The notes under the pieces were generated by a model. That model saw nothing but the letters and a program-made list of their open reading frames with translations, had not been told where the DNA came from and ran no database searches. A stretch of DNA of 64,000 nt, taken from the human T2T-CHM13v2.0 reference genome, Homo sapiens. The stretch lies in NCBI RefSeq assembly GCF_009914755.1, contig NC_060934.1. One strand, 5' to 3'. Shown in pieces: positions 25,575 to 37,898 of this stretch (position 1 is its first letter; every line of letters starts with the position of its first letter). The position numbers and the translations under genes were made by a program.

Positions 25575-26490
25575 AGGATTAAGGAAAAAAATTATACTGA
25601 CACTCGTTAAAACAGTAAGGAAAGCTTTATTTAAGACTATTGTAGTAGGGGAGATAAATGGAGCTCAACTCTGAAGAGGAGATGGGGATTTATAGCCAAG
25701 GAGCAGCATGAGGGCTGGAGGATGGAACATTTCTAAGAGGAGACGTCAAGGCGAGGCCTCTGCTTGCTGAAAGCAGGCCCAGGACTTACACAGTCAACCC
25801 TTGAACAACAAGGGTTCACTTTAGATGCAGATTTTTGTTTCAGCCAAACATGGAAAATACAGTATTTGTGAGTTGTGAAACCTGCATATACAGAGGGCCG
25901 ACATTTCCTATTCCTGGTTCTGTAAGACCGACTGAGTATGCTTGGGTTTTGGTATATGGGGGGATCCTGGAACCAATCCCTTGGGTATACTGAGTGGGGT
26001 GAGGCGCTTGATCAGATGTGAGATAAGGGAATATTCTGGCTCAACTGGCCCAACAGAATTCTTGTTGAAAGCAGGTCTAGGACTTACACAGTCTACTGTT
26101 AAACAATATGGGTTTGAATTGCAGGGGTTCATTTATATGTGAAGTTTTTCAAACAAATGCTGATGGAAAATGTACTATTAGTGGAGTTCAAAACCTGATT
26201 ACAGGGAGAGCTGGGTTCCACAAGGCTGGCTAGGGACCTGAGTATGTGTGGATTTGGGTATAGGTGGGAGTCCTGGACCAATGCCCTGAGTATATGGAGG
26301 GACAGCTATACATCAGAGGTGGGGAATGAGGAACTTGATCAGATCTCAAAGGTGGGGGGATGCTGGCTAATCTGACTTTGAAGGATTCTTGGCTAAGACT
26401 GAGTTGGGCAGGCAGAAGTCAGGACTGGGGGGTCGGGCCAAGGTCGAGGATGGGGCTCAGAGGAGCCTGACGAAAGTTAGGTCAATGAGA
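25575..26490. mobile_element. ERV-LTR-like segment containing two nested MER8 (Tigger2-derived) copies, at about 25791-25992 and 26089-26308
   Basis: MER8-type ends cagtcaacccttgaacaac / gggtttgaattgcaggggttcatttata and ggggatcctggaaccaatccc...gagggacagct. The identity of the flanking LTR is less certain. Confidence 0.7.
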
Positions 26491-26814
26491 GTCTTGGTCA
26501 GGAGCCTCCGTTTCCACGGCTGCCCCAGGCTGGTGTCTGATCTCACTTGAGAGCACGGGGAGGCAAGGGCTTCTCCGACAAATGCCGAGATGAGATGTTG
26601 CCAGCTGCCCAGCTGTGCCCTTCTTCTCCAGGGGAGCATCAGAAACAAGAAGGGGGTATGCTAGCACCCCAGCCGCACCTTCCAGTGGCCCAGGAGGTGG
26701 CTCATCACTGCTTCCCAGAAGGAAATCCTTGGCCTCGCCCTGAGGAGCTGTCCTCAGTTTTATAGGCATGAATCTGCCATAGTGAGGGAGGCATCCCTGT
26801 TGTCCATCTCAAGG

Positions 26815-27065
26815 ACTCACTGCAGCTACACATGTGGGTCACCCAGGCAGCTTCTTAAAAAATACCAGTCCAGAGTCCTTTTGTAGTTCATGAGTGTGAT
26901 GACTGGGTTTCCACGCACATGTGTGAGATGGGCCTCCCTCAAACCTTGTTATGTCATCGGCACATTACCCGTCCGATGAAAAGGAATAAAAATACCAATG
27001 CGGGCCACGCCCCAGGGATTCTGACTGGATTAGCCTGAGCTGGGGTGTGAACATTGATATGTTTA
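26815..27065. mobile_element. MER5-family hAT DNA element, split by the U13 retrocopy
   Basis: gctacacatgtgggtcacccaggcagcttcttaaaaaatacc | aatgcgggccacgcccagggattctgactggattagcctg reads as continuous MER5-like text once the insert is removed. Confidence 0.6.
26875..26978 (+). pseudogene. U13 (SNORD13) snoRNA retrocopy in SLC29A3 intron 2
   Basis: gtccttttgtagttcatgagtgtgatgactgggt...gtgtgagatg...aaccttgttatgtc...ggcacattacccgtccga aligns end to end with U13 as I recall it. Box C GTGATGA at 26896-26902; box D altered to CCGA (26973-26976). A-rich tail and TSD aaaaatacca on both sides. Confidence 0.9.
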
Positions 27066-27462
27066 CAACTTCACACTTCCACACTCCTGTACTCCACCCC
27101 TCAACTCCCCCCATGATCTGACACCTGTGAGGGCCTTTTCTGTTAACTGAGGAATTCACAGATGCCTCCCAGGGCCAGAGCAATGGGATATAAACCATTT
27201 CTACAGCTGAGGAAGTGCCACAGGAACGCCGCAGAGTAGTTTACAGCCCCTCAACTCAAGGTGTGTCCTTGGACCAGCAGCCTCACCTGGGAGCTTGTTA
27301 GTGATGCAGTCTCCCACCCACTCGAGGCCAATTGAGACAGGGCCTTCGAGCTACCAAGCCCCTCGGGTGACTGAAGGGCACAGTAGAGTTTGTGGTGCAC
27401 TGGACAGGGCTTGGCTGTGTGAACTCTCCATGCTGCCTCATATTTCTGGACTATATTAGTAC

Positions 27463-27827
<365 letters not shown>

Positions 27828-30800
27828 TGAGGATTAAGTAAATTAATATGTATTAAAAAGCACTTAGGACAGGGCCTGGCACCCCTATCTGAAGTGCTTT
27901 ATAAACACTATTATTGTGATGATCATTTGAGGGATGGGCCCATACTTCTAAGCTGCCTGCAGCCCTGGTGCATTTCCACAGGCGCAGGCTTAGCCGGGGT
28001 GCTTTACAATCCGCTTTTATTTACCAGTGACTCCAACGTCCCAGCTTTCTGCCAGCCGTGGTAAATCACCTGGCCTACTGGGCTTCCTCCAGAAGGTCCC
28101 TGCCTGTCTCGGCCGGCACAGAGCTAGATTGCGTGTGCACCTGCCCTGCCCCTCCTCTGTCCACTGCCAGGTCCCCGGGATCAAGCAGCCTCTGGAGGGA
28201 GGGGTGTCCAGGCCTGGCTCTGGGAGCAGCCCTCGCCTCGTGTACTGCTTTCACCGCAAGGCGATCCCTTCCCAGCTGCAGGCACTTGGCATTCTGAGCC
28301 CTGCTACGATGCTTTATGGCCTCTCTCCAACTGCTGGCAGGTGCAGATGTAGTACCTTCAGCTGCCCGGAGCTCCTGGCTCTTGGCATCGGAGATGAGAG
28401 ACCTGTCACCCCTCGATTCATGGGCCGGGATTGGGAAGCGAGCATGCTGAGGCATTTCTGCATTTTGCGGGCCATTTCTCTTTGCCTCATTCCTCATCCC
28501 AGCCACCCACCTCCCCAGCTCTTTCCTCCTCTCTTCCTGATTTCCCTGTGAGAGGCTGCCCGTCTGCCCTGTCACCTGAGGGCCACTTTAGGGGAAGGAG
28601 GGGGAGAGTCAAATTGGCCTGTCTCTAGCCACCACCTGCAACTCAATTAGCTGTGGGTCTAGATGTTTATTCTTTCCTGTACTTTCCTTTGAACATTTTC
28701 TGGGGATGGATGCCATTTGATGGGGAGCTTGACCCAGGAGGAAGGTTTACCCAGACACCCTCTCCCCCAAATTATGTCACTTTCAAGGTCAGCGGGCTCA
28801 TTTCCTTCTGCCTGGACAAATGTGGGGATGGCTTAGAAAGTATCCTGCTCACTCTGCCCTCCTGTCTCTATTCTCTGGAATAAGAACCTCCAATAAATAT
28901 ATCACAGGTGTATTGGCCCAGGGCAAAACAAAATTTAGAGCATAAATGAGGAAGAATTGATAAGAGAAGATGGCACAGGGGCCTGCAACAGCCGCCATTG
29001 CCTGAGCCCGACTCTGGGCCCACCATCCTGGCAGGGGTATTGCATGTGTTGTTTCTCAGCCCTGCAATGCAGATCTTAGTAACCATTTTCTTAAGACAAA
29101 AAGCCAGAGGCTCAGAGAGGCTAGGTAACCTGCCTGAGATTACACAGCTAGGAAGGGCTATAGGGAATTTCACGGGGCATTGAGGTGGACAGATGATTAC
29201 AGACTCATTCATACTCAGAGAGTGGTATGTAGGGTACTATCCTGGAGATTCCCCACCCCCCACCCCCACACTTTGACTCCACCAAACACCATCTTCCTTC
29301 CTTTGGAGAGCCTGCCCCTGGTCTGGCCTCCTTTTCCAGCCTGAAACCCCAGGTGCCTGGGTTCTACACCTGGGTCCTGGACCCAGCGTCCCTTGTCCCT
29401 TCCCTACCTGACCTGTTTAGCTGGAGGTCCTCCCCGGCTCTGGGGTTGTAAGCCATCCCCTGCCCTGTGGGGCCTCCTTGCCCTCCCCCAGGCTCTCCTG
29501 CAGGCCTGTATTGGCTGCCCTTGGCCAAGAACAAAACAGTGAGCTGGACAAGCCCTACTTCCTACCCCGGAGAGAAGAGTGTCTGCACCTTCTCCTGGCC
29601 ATTCCTTGCTGCAAGGCCCCCACAGCCGCTCTCTACACCTTCCTTCCTGTGTACCTCGGTCTGCCCAGGGACTCCTCTCTGAGGGACTGCAGGATGCGGC
29701 CAGGTCATGAGTGGGACCTACAGCCCGACTTAGTGTCAGCAGGGCTGGGACCCGGGCTAGGCACTCTACTGATGCCCCTGTCCATCCCCCCATCTGACCA
29801 GGAGGTACCCCAACACTCAGTCCCAGGGGTGAGGCAGGAGACAGAAGCAGCTCATCCCTGGGCACGTCCCCTGAAGCCACCTCTCTGAGTTAGGGGCTCC
29901 ATGCCTGGGTCTTCAGAGCTGCATCATACTTCCCCATCACGTTCCTGCCCTACAGCTCATGGAGACCGAGCGCTGGCTGGGTGGGAGCTCCTGCTCTCAG
30001 CACTTTGCCTGCATTATCTCATGCAGCGCTGCAGCACCCGTAGGTCAGGAACTGTTATCATCCACCATGACAGATGAGGAGGCCTCCCCCGCTGGTGAAT
30101 AAAACTCTCTTACTCTACATCCTATGCCCCTGGTACACCTGGCATGACACCCAACACATAATAGCACATAAATATTTGTCACATTAGTTATTGTAAGTCT
30201 GAGAAGGAAAGCTCCACAACCCAATCCATGATAGTGATGCCATGGCTCTGCAAGGGAGCAGAAGAAGATCTGGGAGTCACAGTGGCTACCAGTAAAGGAG
30301 TTTTGATCTTTCAGGTGTGTTGGCATAGACATGAAGTGGGGTTCCTGCCATAGGGAAGGTAGCCAGGTTGTCCTGGTTCAGCAAGTGGGGGACCTAGGGC
30401 ATCCCCTCCCCTTATTTCCAGTTCCTTAGTTCTGGTCCAGTCTCTCAGCCCTGCAAAGAAGCAAGATAGCATACTTGGGATCTGCCCTTGAAGGGCTGAC
30501 CTCCCAATCCAAGGAGGAAGTGTTCAAAGGAAGCAGGATGAGCTTGTGTGGAGAAGAGGATACTGGAGGACAGGTTATCAGAGGTTACCAAGTCCCTGCC
30601 ATGCAGCCTGTACCCACCTCCCGCTTGACCTGCCATCTTCTTTTTCCACATGACATCCTGGTGAGCTAGGTGCTGCCATTCCAGTTGCCAAATGAAACCA
30701 AGGCTCACAGATTTTAGGCCACTGACCCAAGGTTATTTGCTAGCAAGTGATAGAACTGCAGAGCCCATGCTTATAACCAGCGTGTTCTCCAAGCTATCTG

Positions 30801-30856
30801 TCTACCTTGGCACGCTCAGCCCTGGCTGCACATCGGGATCACCTGGGAAGCTTTTA

Positions 30857-31054
<198 letters not shown>

Positions 31055-31149
31055 TCACCCAATTCTAATTCATTCTGAGGGGCCTGGGCACAAGCATTTT
31101 AAGTTCTCTAGATAAGGCTAATGTGTAGCCAGATAAGAACCGTGATCCA

Positions 31150-31288
31150 AGCCAGGTGTGGTCGCGTGTGCCTGTAGTTCCAGCTACTCAGGAGGCTGAG
31201 GTGGGAGAACAGAACAGTGAGCTTGAGCCCAGGAGTTCGAGTTCAGACTTGGCAACATAGTGAAACACCAGTCTCAAAACAAAAAGGA
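31150..31288 (+). mobile_element. Alu monomer or fragment (FLAM-like)
   Basis: gccaggtgtggtcgcgtgtgcctgtagttccagctactcaggaggctgagg...ggcaacatagtgaaacacc. Confidence 0.8.
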
Positions 31289-32639
31289 CTATGATTCAAG
31301 TAAAATGTTACCACATAGGGAGAAAAAGCAGCTGTCCTCTGCCTCCACTAGAGTACCCATTAACCCATTAAACAGGCAAAGGCTACATCATGAGAGACTT
31401 AGGTGAGCCTTCTGGGAGAACTTCCTGCCATGCAAGTCGAGTTGTCAAACCTGGCAGTGAAGGGGACAGTTTCCCCCTTGGAGAATTAGGGCCACATCCT
31501 GTGGGAAGTCTAAGGAGTTGGCCTAGTCTACCTCGAGTGTGGGGTTCCTCATGGGACTCCCTACAAATGTAGGTGGTTGGAGGGTTCGGTGCTTGTCTAA
31601 CGGAAATGCTCTGGGCTTGAGCTCCACCCGCAAGCCCACAGTTCCACGCCAGCCAGTGGTGGCCCCTGGAAGAGCCTTTGCCCTTTCTCTTGGTAATGCT
31701 CCCCTTTGCTGGGCCAGGGGGCCAAGGGATATAGTTAGGAGATGGGGGCTCCACAGCCACCCTCCTCTTCCTTCCAATTTCCCAGGCTCCTGGAAAAGGA
31801 GTGATAGGGCCAACTGGGCTCAACATGGGCATCCTACACCTGGGGTGGCACAAAGCAAGAGCAAGTGAAACTGGGAGAGCAGAAGAGAGGCAGTCCTGAG
31901 GCCCTGACCCAGCTGGGTAACCTCTCTGTGCTGTGTCAGGGAGTGGAGGCTCCCTGTTCCCAGAGGTTTAAAAGTCACAGGATATCTATTTGGTAAAGGC
32001 TCCACAGCTAGGTGAAAGGTGGATTGGTCCTGTCTCATAGGACCACAAGGTAGCTGGGAGGAACCCAGATTTGGCAACAGAGGGACTCTAGTCTAGCAGT
32101 GCCCTTACCCACTGTGTGGGTTGGAGGCATGCTCTGTCGCCCTTGGGCCTTTTGCCCACAGACCCACCTGGCAGCATTTACATAACGCTGCAGACACAGG
32201 TAGGGTGGAAAGTCCTGACAGTTATGGTGTGCCTTATAGATGGTGGCTCCTGCATGAGGACTTCACTAAATCCCAACATTCGCTGCCTTTACTAAGCTCT
32301 TACCATGTGCCAGGCACTGCTAAGGGCACAGATTCATTCATTAACTCAGCAATATTTATTAAGCAATCTACTGTGTACTAGAAGCTTTTTTTTTCATGAT
32401 CTTTTGTTTGTTTTTTTTTTACAGCCCAAAGACATAGGTTTATTATACCCATTATACAGAGAAGGAAACCAAGGTTGAAAAGTTTAAGTCATTTGCTCCC
32501 AGGTACAAAGTAAGTGATGACTGGGACTCAGACCTGGGCCCTGTCAACCCAGGTATCCGTGATCTTAACCCCAGTGCTTTATATCAGCATTTTCGAAATT
32601 TTTTGGAGCATGATGGCTGTCTCACCTGGCAAGATATTT

Positions 32640-33160
32640 GTGTCTATAATGCAAACAACAGTTTCATGAAGCTGCGTCTGTACTTAAAAAAAGAAAACTC
32701 CACTCTGACTGCAGTTTCAAGGAGGAGCAAGTGATGCAACAGTGGCAGTGCTGGTTGTAAGCCATGCAGGATGAGGATGGAAAGTTTGTCCTTGAGTTTG
32801 ACCTTGTGCAGGTTCATGGTGACCTTGGGGAGCAGCATCGTGGAGGATGGGGGGAGAGACAGAGGAGACAGCAAACTCAAGGAATTTTGCTTTAAATGGG
32901 AGCAGGACAATGAGGCACAAGCTGCAGGGAACTGTGATTCAGAAGGGGGAGAATTTTCTGTTCTTTTATTTTTAATACGAGAGACATAGCAGGCAGTTTG
33001 TGTGTGGAAGCAAATGATCCAGCAGAGAAGGAAAAACGCATGATGAAGAAGAGGGAGCATAGCTCAGCGAGGTCCATGAGCAGGCCAGAGGGCTCAGGTG
33101 CACAGAGAAGGGTTCCAGAAAAAGATGCAGACAGCTCACTCACCTTTAGTAAGAAAGAAG
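32640..33160 (-). mobile_element. L2 fragment
   Basis: Diverged purine-rich L2-like text (gtgaccttggggagcagcatcgtggagg..., gacagcaaactcaaggaattttgc). Boundaries approximate. Confidence 0.5.
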
Positions 33161-33654
33161 GCAACAAAGGATTAAATAGAATAAAATAAAATTCTGGTCG
33201 TGACCCATCAAATGAATTTCATATTCTTTAATGAGCTGTGCAACCTGTAGTTTGAAAAACCCTGCTCTGCCTGTTTCCCCTAACTTTGTAGCCATCTATG
33301 AGGATGCGTCATGTCCTCATTCCACAGAGGAGGAAAGTAGAGACAGTAAGTAACTCGTTGGTGCCACATAGCTAATAAGAAGGGGGGTGGCAGCCCAGGG
33401 TACCTGAATCAGTATCAGATTTCCTGGGACACTTGCCAAATACCCGGATTCCTAGACCCTTCCCTGATGGCTTTATCTCCCTGGGTGAGGCCTGGGCACT
33501 GTTGCCAGGTGGTCCTGTTGCCAGCTGGCCAGGGGAGCAGGTATCTAGGAGTCTCTCCTTTGTGCCAGGTGGTGTTCCTGCAGAACCGTTTTAGTGCTAC
33601 TCAGATCTCTCTCCAAATGGAAACAATGTTTAGACTCCCTTTGCAATCCTCTTT

Positions 33655-33997
33655 TATTCTTTTTTTCTTTTTTCTTCTCTTTTCTTTTTCTTTTTTTTCT
33701 TTTTTTTTTTTTTGAGACACATTCTTATTGTATCGCCGAGGTTGGAGTGCAGTAGTGCGATCTTGGCTCCTGGGTTCACTCTGCCTCCCGGGTTCAAGTG
33801 ATTCTGCTGCCTCAGCCTCCTGAGTAGCTGGGATTACAGGCGCCCGCCACCACACCTGGCTAATTTTTGTATTTTTGGTAGAGATGGGGTTTCACCATGT
33901 TGGCCAGGTTGGTCTTGAACTCCTGACCTCAAGTGATCCGCCCACCTTGGCCTCTCAAAGTGCTGGGATTACAGGCGTGAACCACTGCACCCTACCA
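33655..33997 (-). mobile_element. Alu (AluS-type)
   Basis: Long T-rich tail then antisense Alu body. Confidence 0.92.
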
Positions 33998-35724
33998 GCA
34001 ATCCAATGTTTAAGAGCAGAATTCCCAAGAGTGGAGAAGGGCACAACACCCCTCCTCCCCGCATAGAAAGAAGTGTATTAAAGTGGGATTTTGCCTGAGC
34101 TTTGTCATCCTAGGAAAAGAGATGGGGAGTCTGAGGTCAGGCAGCATGGGCTTCAGGCTTTCTGCCACTGGGTGTGCATGAGTGGCTGCCAGTTGCTTTG
34201 GCTGGCGTGGATGACTGCTCTACACCATTTTTAAAAATTAGAACCAAAAGTGAGTCATTTTTTAAAATCCCCTTGTCCACCCTCTGATTCTAACTGCGGG
34301 CCCAGCCAGCGTGCCATTCCCAATAAATAATACACCTGTGATGGCTTTTTCTTCTGTTTTTAGCTCTTGCTGCATCCTGCAGAGGGGAAAAAAGCCTAGT
34401 TTGAAACGCTGTCAGTCATGCCTTTGGTGGCCTCAGCTTCTCTAGTTCTCTTCTTATTTTCTCCCTAAGTGCTCACGACCCTTCTTCCCCACCCGCGCTG
34501 CGCTCCCTTGCCCTCCAGGCTATTGACTGCTCCCTCTCTGCCTTCGATTTTATTTCTTCCTGCATATATCCTTAAAATCCAGAGGCGATTTCCTGGACAA
34601 ATTAGAAGATGGCCTGGACCTTAAGTGCTCCAGTGTCTCTTTAACATGATTGATATCACAAGTGTCCAGAGAGCGGAACCTAAATTAGAGTCTCCACCAA
34701 GGAGCCCAGCGCTTTTGACACAGGCAGGCAGCCTGGGAAGGGTCTGCAGCACTGGGTGCCTGGGACCTCCTTGCTGGCCTCTTGCCGGTCCTCACTGCCT
34801 GGGAGGACTGTGTAACAGCCTTTGCCTGTTTAATGGGTTAATGAGTACTCTAGTGGAGGCAGAGGACAGCTGCTGTTTCTCCCTATGTGCCTGTGTTTCT
34901 GTGCACGTCTGTGCCTGTCTGCATGCAGGCACCTGAGGCCTAGAGCAGCCTGTGGTTTCTGCCCACATGCACCTCCAAAGAGAAACAGCCTTCCCAAGGC
35001 GGGAGCAGTCTGTTGTTGAGGAAGTGCCTGCCAGGGGTTGGCTAAGGACTCCCTCTTCCTGATGGTCCCTAAGGTTTTCTACTACAGAGAGAGGCTGGAG
35101 CACCCCCAGACCACCTCCTCATTACCACCAGGCCACAGGGCATGGCCCTTGTCCCTGGTCATCAGCCTTGTGACACTGATGCACGGGACCCTCTGGGGGA
35201 TGCAGAAGCCTGCCCGGTCAGGCAAGAGTAGGTGGGGTGTTTTCTTGAAAGGCCTTCTTCCTCTTTTCCCTATCACATGGCAGAAGTCAGGCTGCAGAAG
35301 AGGAAAGACTGGCTGGCCCGAGCATCAGCAGTGGCTGAGCCTCTGATCAGCTCATCCTCAGGGAGCTTGGGGTCACTCGTGCATGGATCCGTGAGGTTCC
35401 CTGTTTCTCTGACCCCTTGGTTTCTGAGCCCTTACTCTGCCTATTCTGGTTACAGCCTGAGAGTACATGAGGGGAATAAAGGGGATAAGAATCAGAGCAG
35501 TCAGCTTGCCCCTTGCTAGGGGACCTTGCGAAGGCTTGGCCGAGGCAGGGTATAAAGGTAGGTAGAAATGAGGTTTCCATCTTCCTTGCTCACCCTGCCT
35601 GGCAGAAAGACTCTGGATTCAGGAGAGCTGGCTTCTGTTTCTGACTGTGTTTCAAACTTGCTGGGTGACTTGAGACCATGTCCTCCTTTGAGGAATGAAG
35701 ATATGAGACCGTAGATTGGGACCC

Positions 35725-35935
35725 AGAAACTTTTCCCGCAAAGGGCCAGATGGTTCGTATTTTAGGCTTTGTGGGCCCCACAGTCTCTGTTTGCTACTCA
35801 GCCCTGCCCTTGCAGAGTGAAAGCTGCCCTTGACAACATGTAAACAAATGGGCTGACCGAAGGCCGACCGCGTTCCAGTGTTCACACAAAGGAAGAGGGC
35901 AGATTTGGCCCGGGGGTAACCCGCTGCTAACCTCT
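35725..35935. mobile_element. MER58A-like hAT-Charlie element
   Basis: aaacttttcccgcaaagggccagatgg...tattttaggctttgtgggcc...gacaacatgtaaacaaatggg...cagatttggcccg. Confidence 0.75.
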
Positions 35936-37561
35936 GGACTGGGAACACTCACTTACAGCTCTTTCCCAGTTCTGTGATCTATTATAGTGGTACCTACCCT
36001 GCTGAATTTGTCTTCATATCACTGACCACTGCCTGGCCTATTATCTATTTGTTTATGCATTTGCTAGCCATCTCTTTGACTAGATGGGCAGTTCCATAAA
36101 GGCAGGAACTTGAGCTGAATCTCCCATGTCTACAACATCTAGCGAGCTCAGTAAATATTTGCAGAAGGATGAATCCATCTCTGAGTATTTGTGGAGAGGA
36201 GACAGGGACAGGAGGAAGAACCGCCATCGCTGGATTGTGCACCGTGATCCCGCAGTGCACCTCCACCACAGCCTGCACACCCGGACCTGCCTGGGCCCCA
36301 GCCTCCCCCCATCCCCATTCATACTCCAGCTCACCCCTGTGGAGGCTTGAGCACATCAAGCTCATTCCCGACTCAGGGCCAACCGTACGCTGTTCCCTCT
36401 GTCCAGGCTCTAGGTTAGCCAATTATTTGTATTTTAGTTTTATTGCATTTATCCTAATTTGCAGTCTTTTTTCCCCCCACTTGCTGTTGACTCTTTTTTT
36501 TTCTTTTTTTTTTTTTTGTGCCTCCCTCCCTAGAACACTGGCATTCCCAGCCCCTAGAACACATTGAGCACATACAAGCTGCTTGGCCATCATTTGTTGA
36601 ATGAGTGAATGAGCTCTAGAAGGTCAACTGCCTTTCACCTTTAGTGAGTGAATAGATGAATGAATAAATTAACCACTGCTACCTGCTTCTTCCCATCTGC
36701 TCCCTCCACCCATTTCTGCCAGGTGATTCCTTCTACACCCAGCACTGCCCCCCATACTGTTTGGCGTTGAGAAGCCCCCAGAGCTCCCCAGTACCTTCCA
36801 AAACAAAACCCCTCTTTAGGCAGCTGCCTGAGACCACCCGCGAATCGGCCCTCAGCCACCCTTGCCTCCACGCGCCCCATCATTTCTCCAAGTGGAGCCC
36901 CCAAGGTTTCCGGCAAAGGAGCCAAGCGAGGGGACAATGCAGCAAGGTGCAGGAGGGGCCTGGAAGCGAGGCTGCAAGGAGGAGGGGCGTGGCAGTCACA
37001 GGGAGGCTGATTTATAAGGCGCAGAGGCTGAGGGTGGCCAGGCCCAGGGAGGAACTTGAGCAAAGGCGTGGAGGGGATGCCTGGGGGAGAGGCTAGAACC
37101 CGAGGGGAGACTGGGTGGACACGTGAGCCATAGTCAGGTGATGTGGAGACGGGGCCAGTAGATGTGATTGACTGGGGTGAGGGTGAAGGAGAAACCAAGG
37201 AAGCTTTGAAGAGGGGCTGAGAAAAGGAGGATGACCATGGGGCCTTCAGAGGGGCTGCTTGGGAGTCTTCTCTTGAAGGCCTTTGATTTGAGGAGCTTGG
37301 GGTTTGGGCTCAGCAGGACCCCCAAGCGGTTGTTCTGGATGAAGAGACGGATGTATGGGTAGAGGTCATGAAGCCAGGGGAGGTGAGCTTCTCCTACCAC
37401 CACCCCCACCCTTACAAAAGGAGGGCAGGAAACGAAGGATGGAGCTCAGGGGGCACCTTGGGATGGTGGAGGGAGCCAGAGGTGGACAGAGATGATGAGG
37501 AAGTGTGGAGGTGGGGGCGGGTGTGTCCTTGTGAATCTGGAGGAGAGGAGTGCTGGAAGGA

Positions 37562-37898
37562 CATTGCATTAGTTTCTTGTGGCTGCCTTCACCAAGTACC
37601 ACAAACTGGGTAGCTGAAAAGCAAGGCTCTAGGGAATAACATTTCCTTGCTGCTGCTTTGGCATTTTTTGGCTCATGGCAGCATCACTGCAGTCTGTGGC
37701 TCTGTCTTCACGCAGCCTCTGCCTGTGTGTCTGTGTGTCCTTCCCTCTTTTCCCGTATACTGTGGATTGAGGGGTCATTCCTCCTCCAGTAGGATCTCCT
37801 CTTAACTAAGCATGTCTGCAAAGACCCTATGTCCAGATAAGTCACATCCTGAGGTTCTGGGTAGACATGAATTTTGGGGGCATGAATTCAGCCCCCTC
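37562..37898 (-). mobile_element. MaLR LTR (MLT1-like) inside an L2-rich stretch (about 36500-38500)
   Basis: gcattagtttcttgtggctgcc...aagtaccacaaactggg...tctgcaaagaccctatgtccagataagtcacatcctgaggttctggg. Confidence 0.75.

Noticed and set aside
26875-26978. Calling the U13-like sequence a functional snoRNA gene
   Set aside because: Box D is mutated (CCGA), there are several substitutions, and it has a TSD and A tail. Annotated as a pseudogene.
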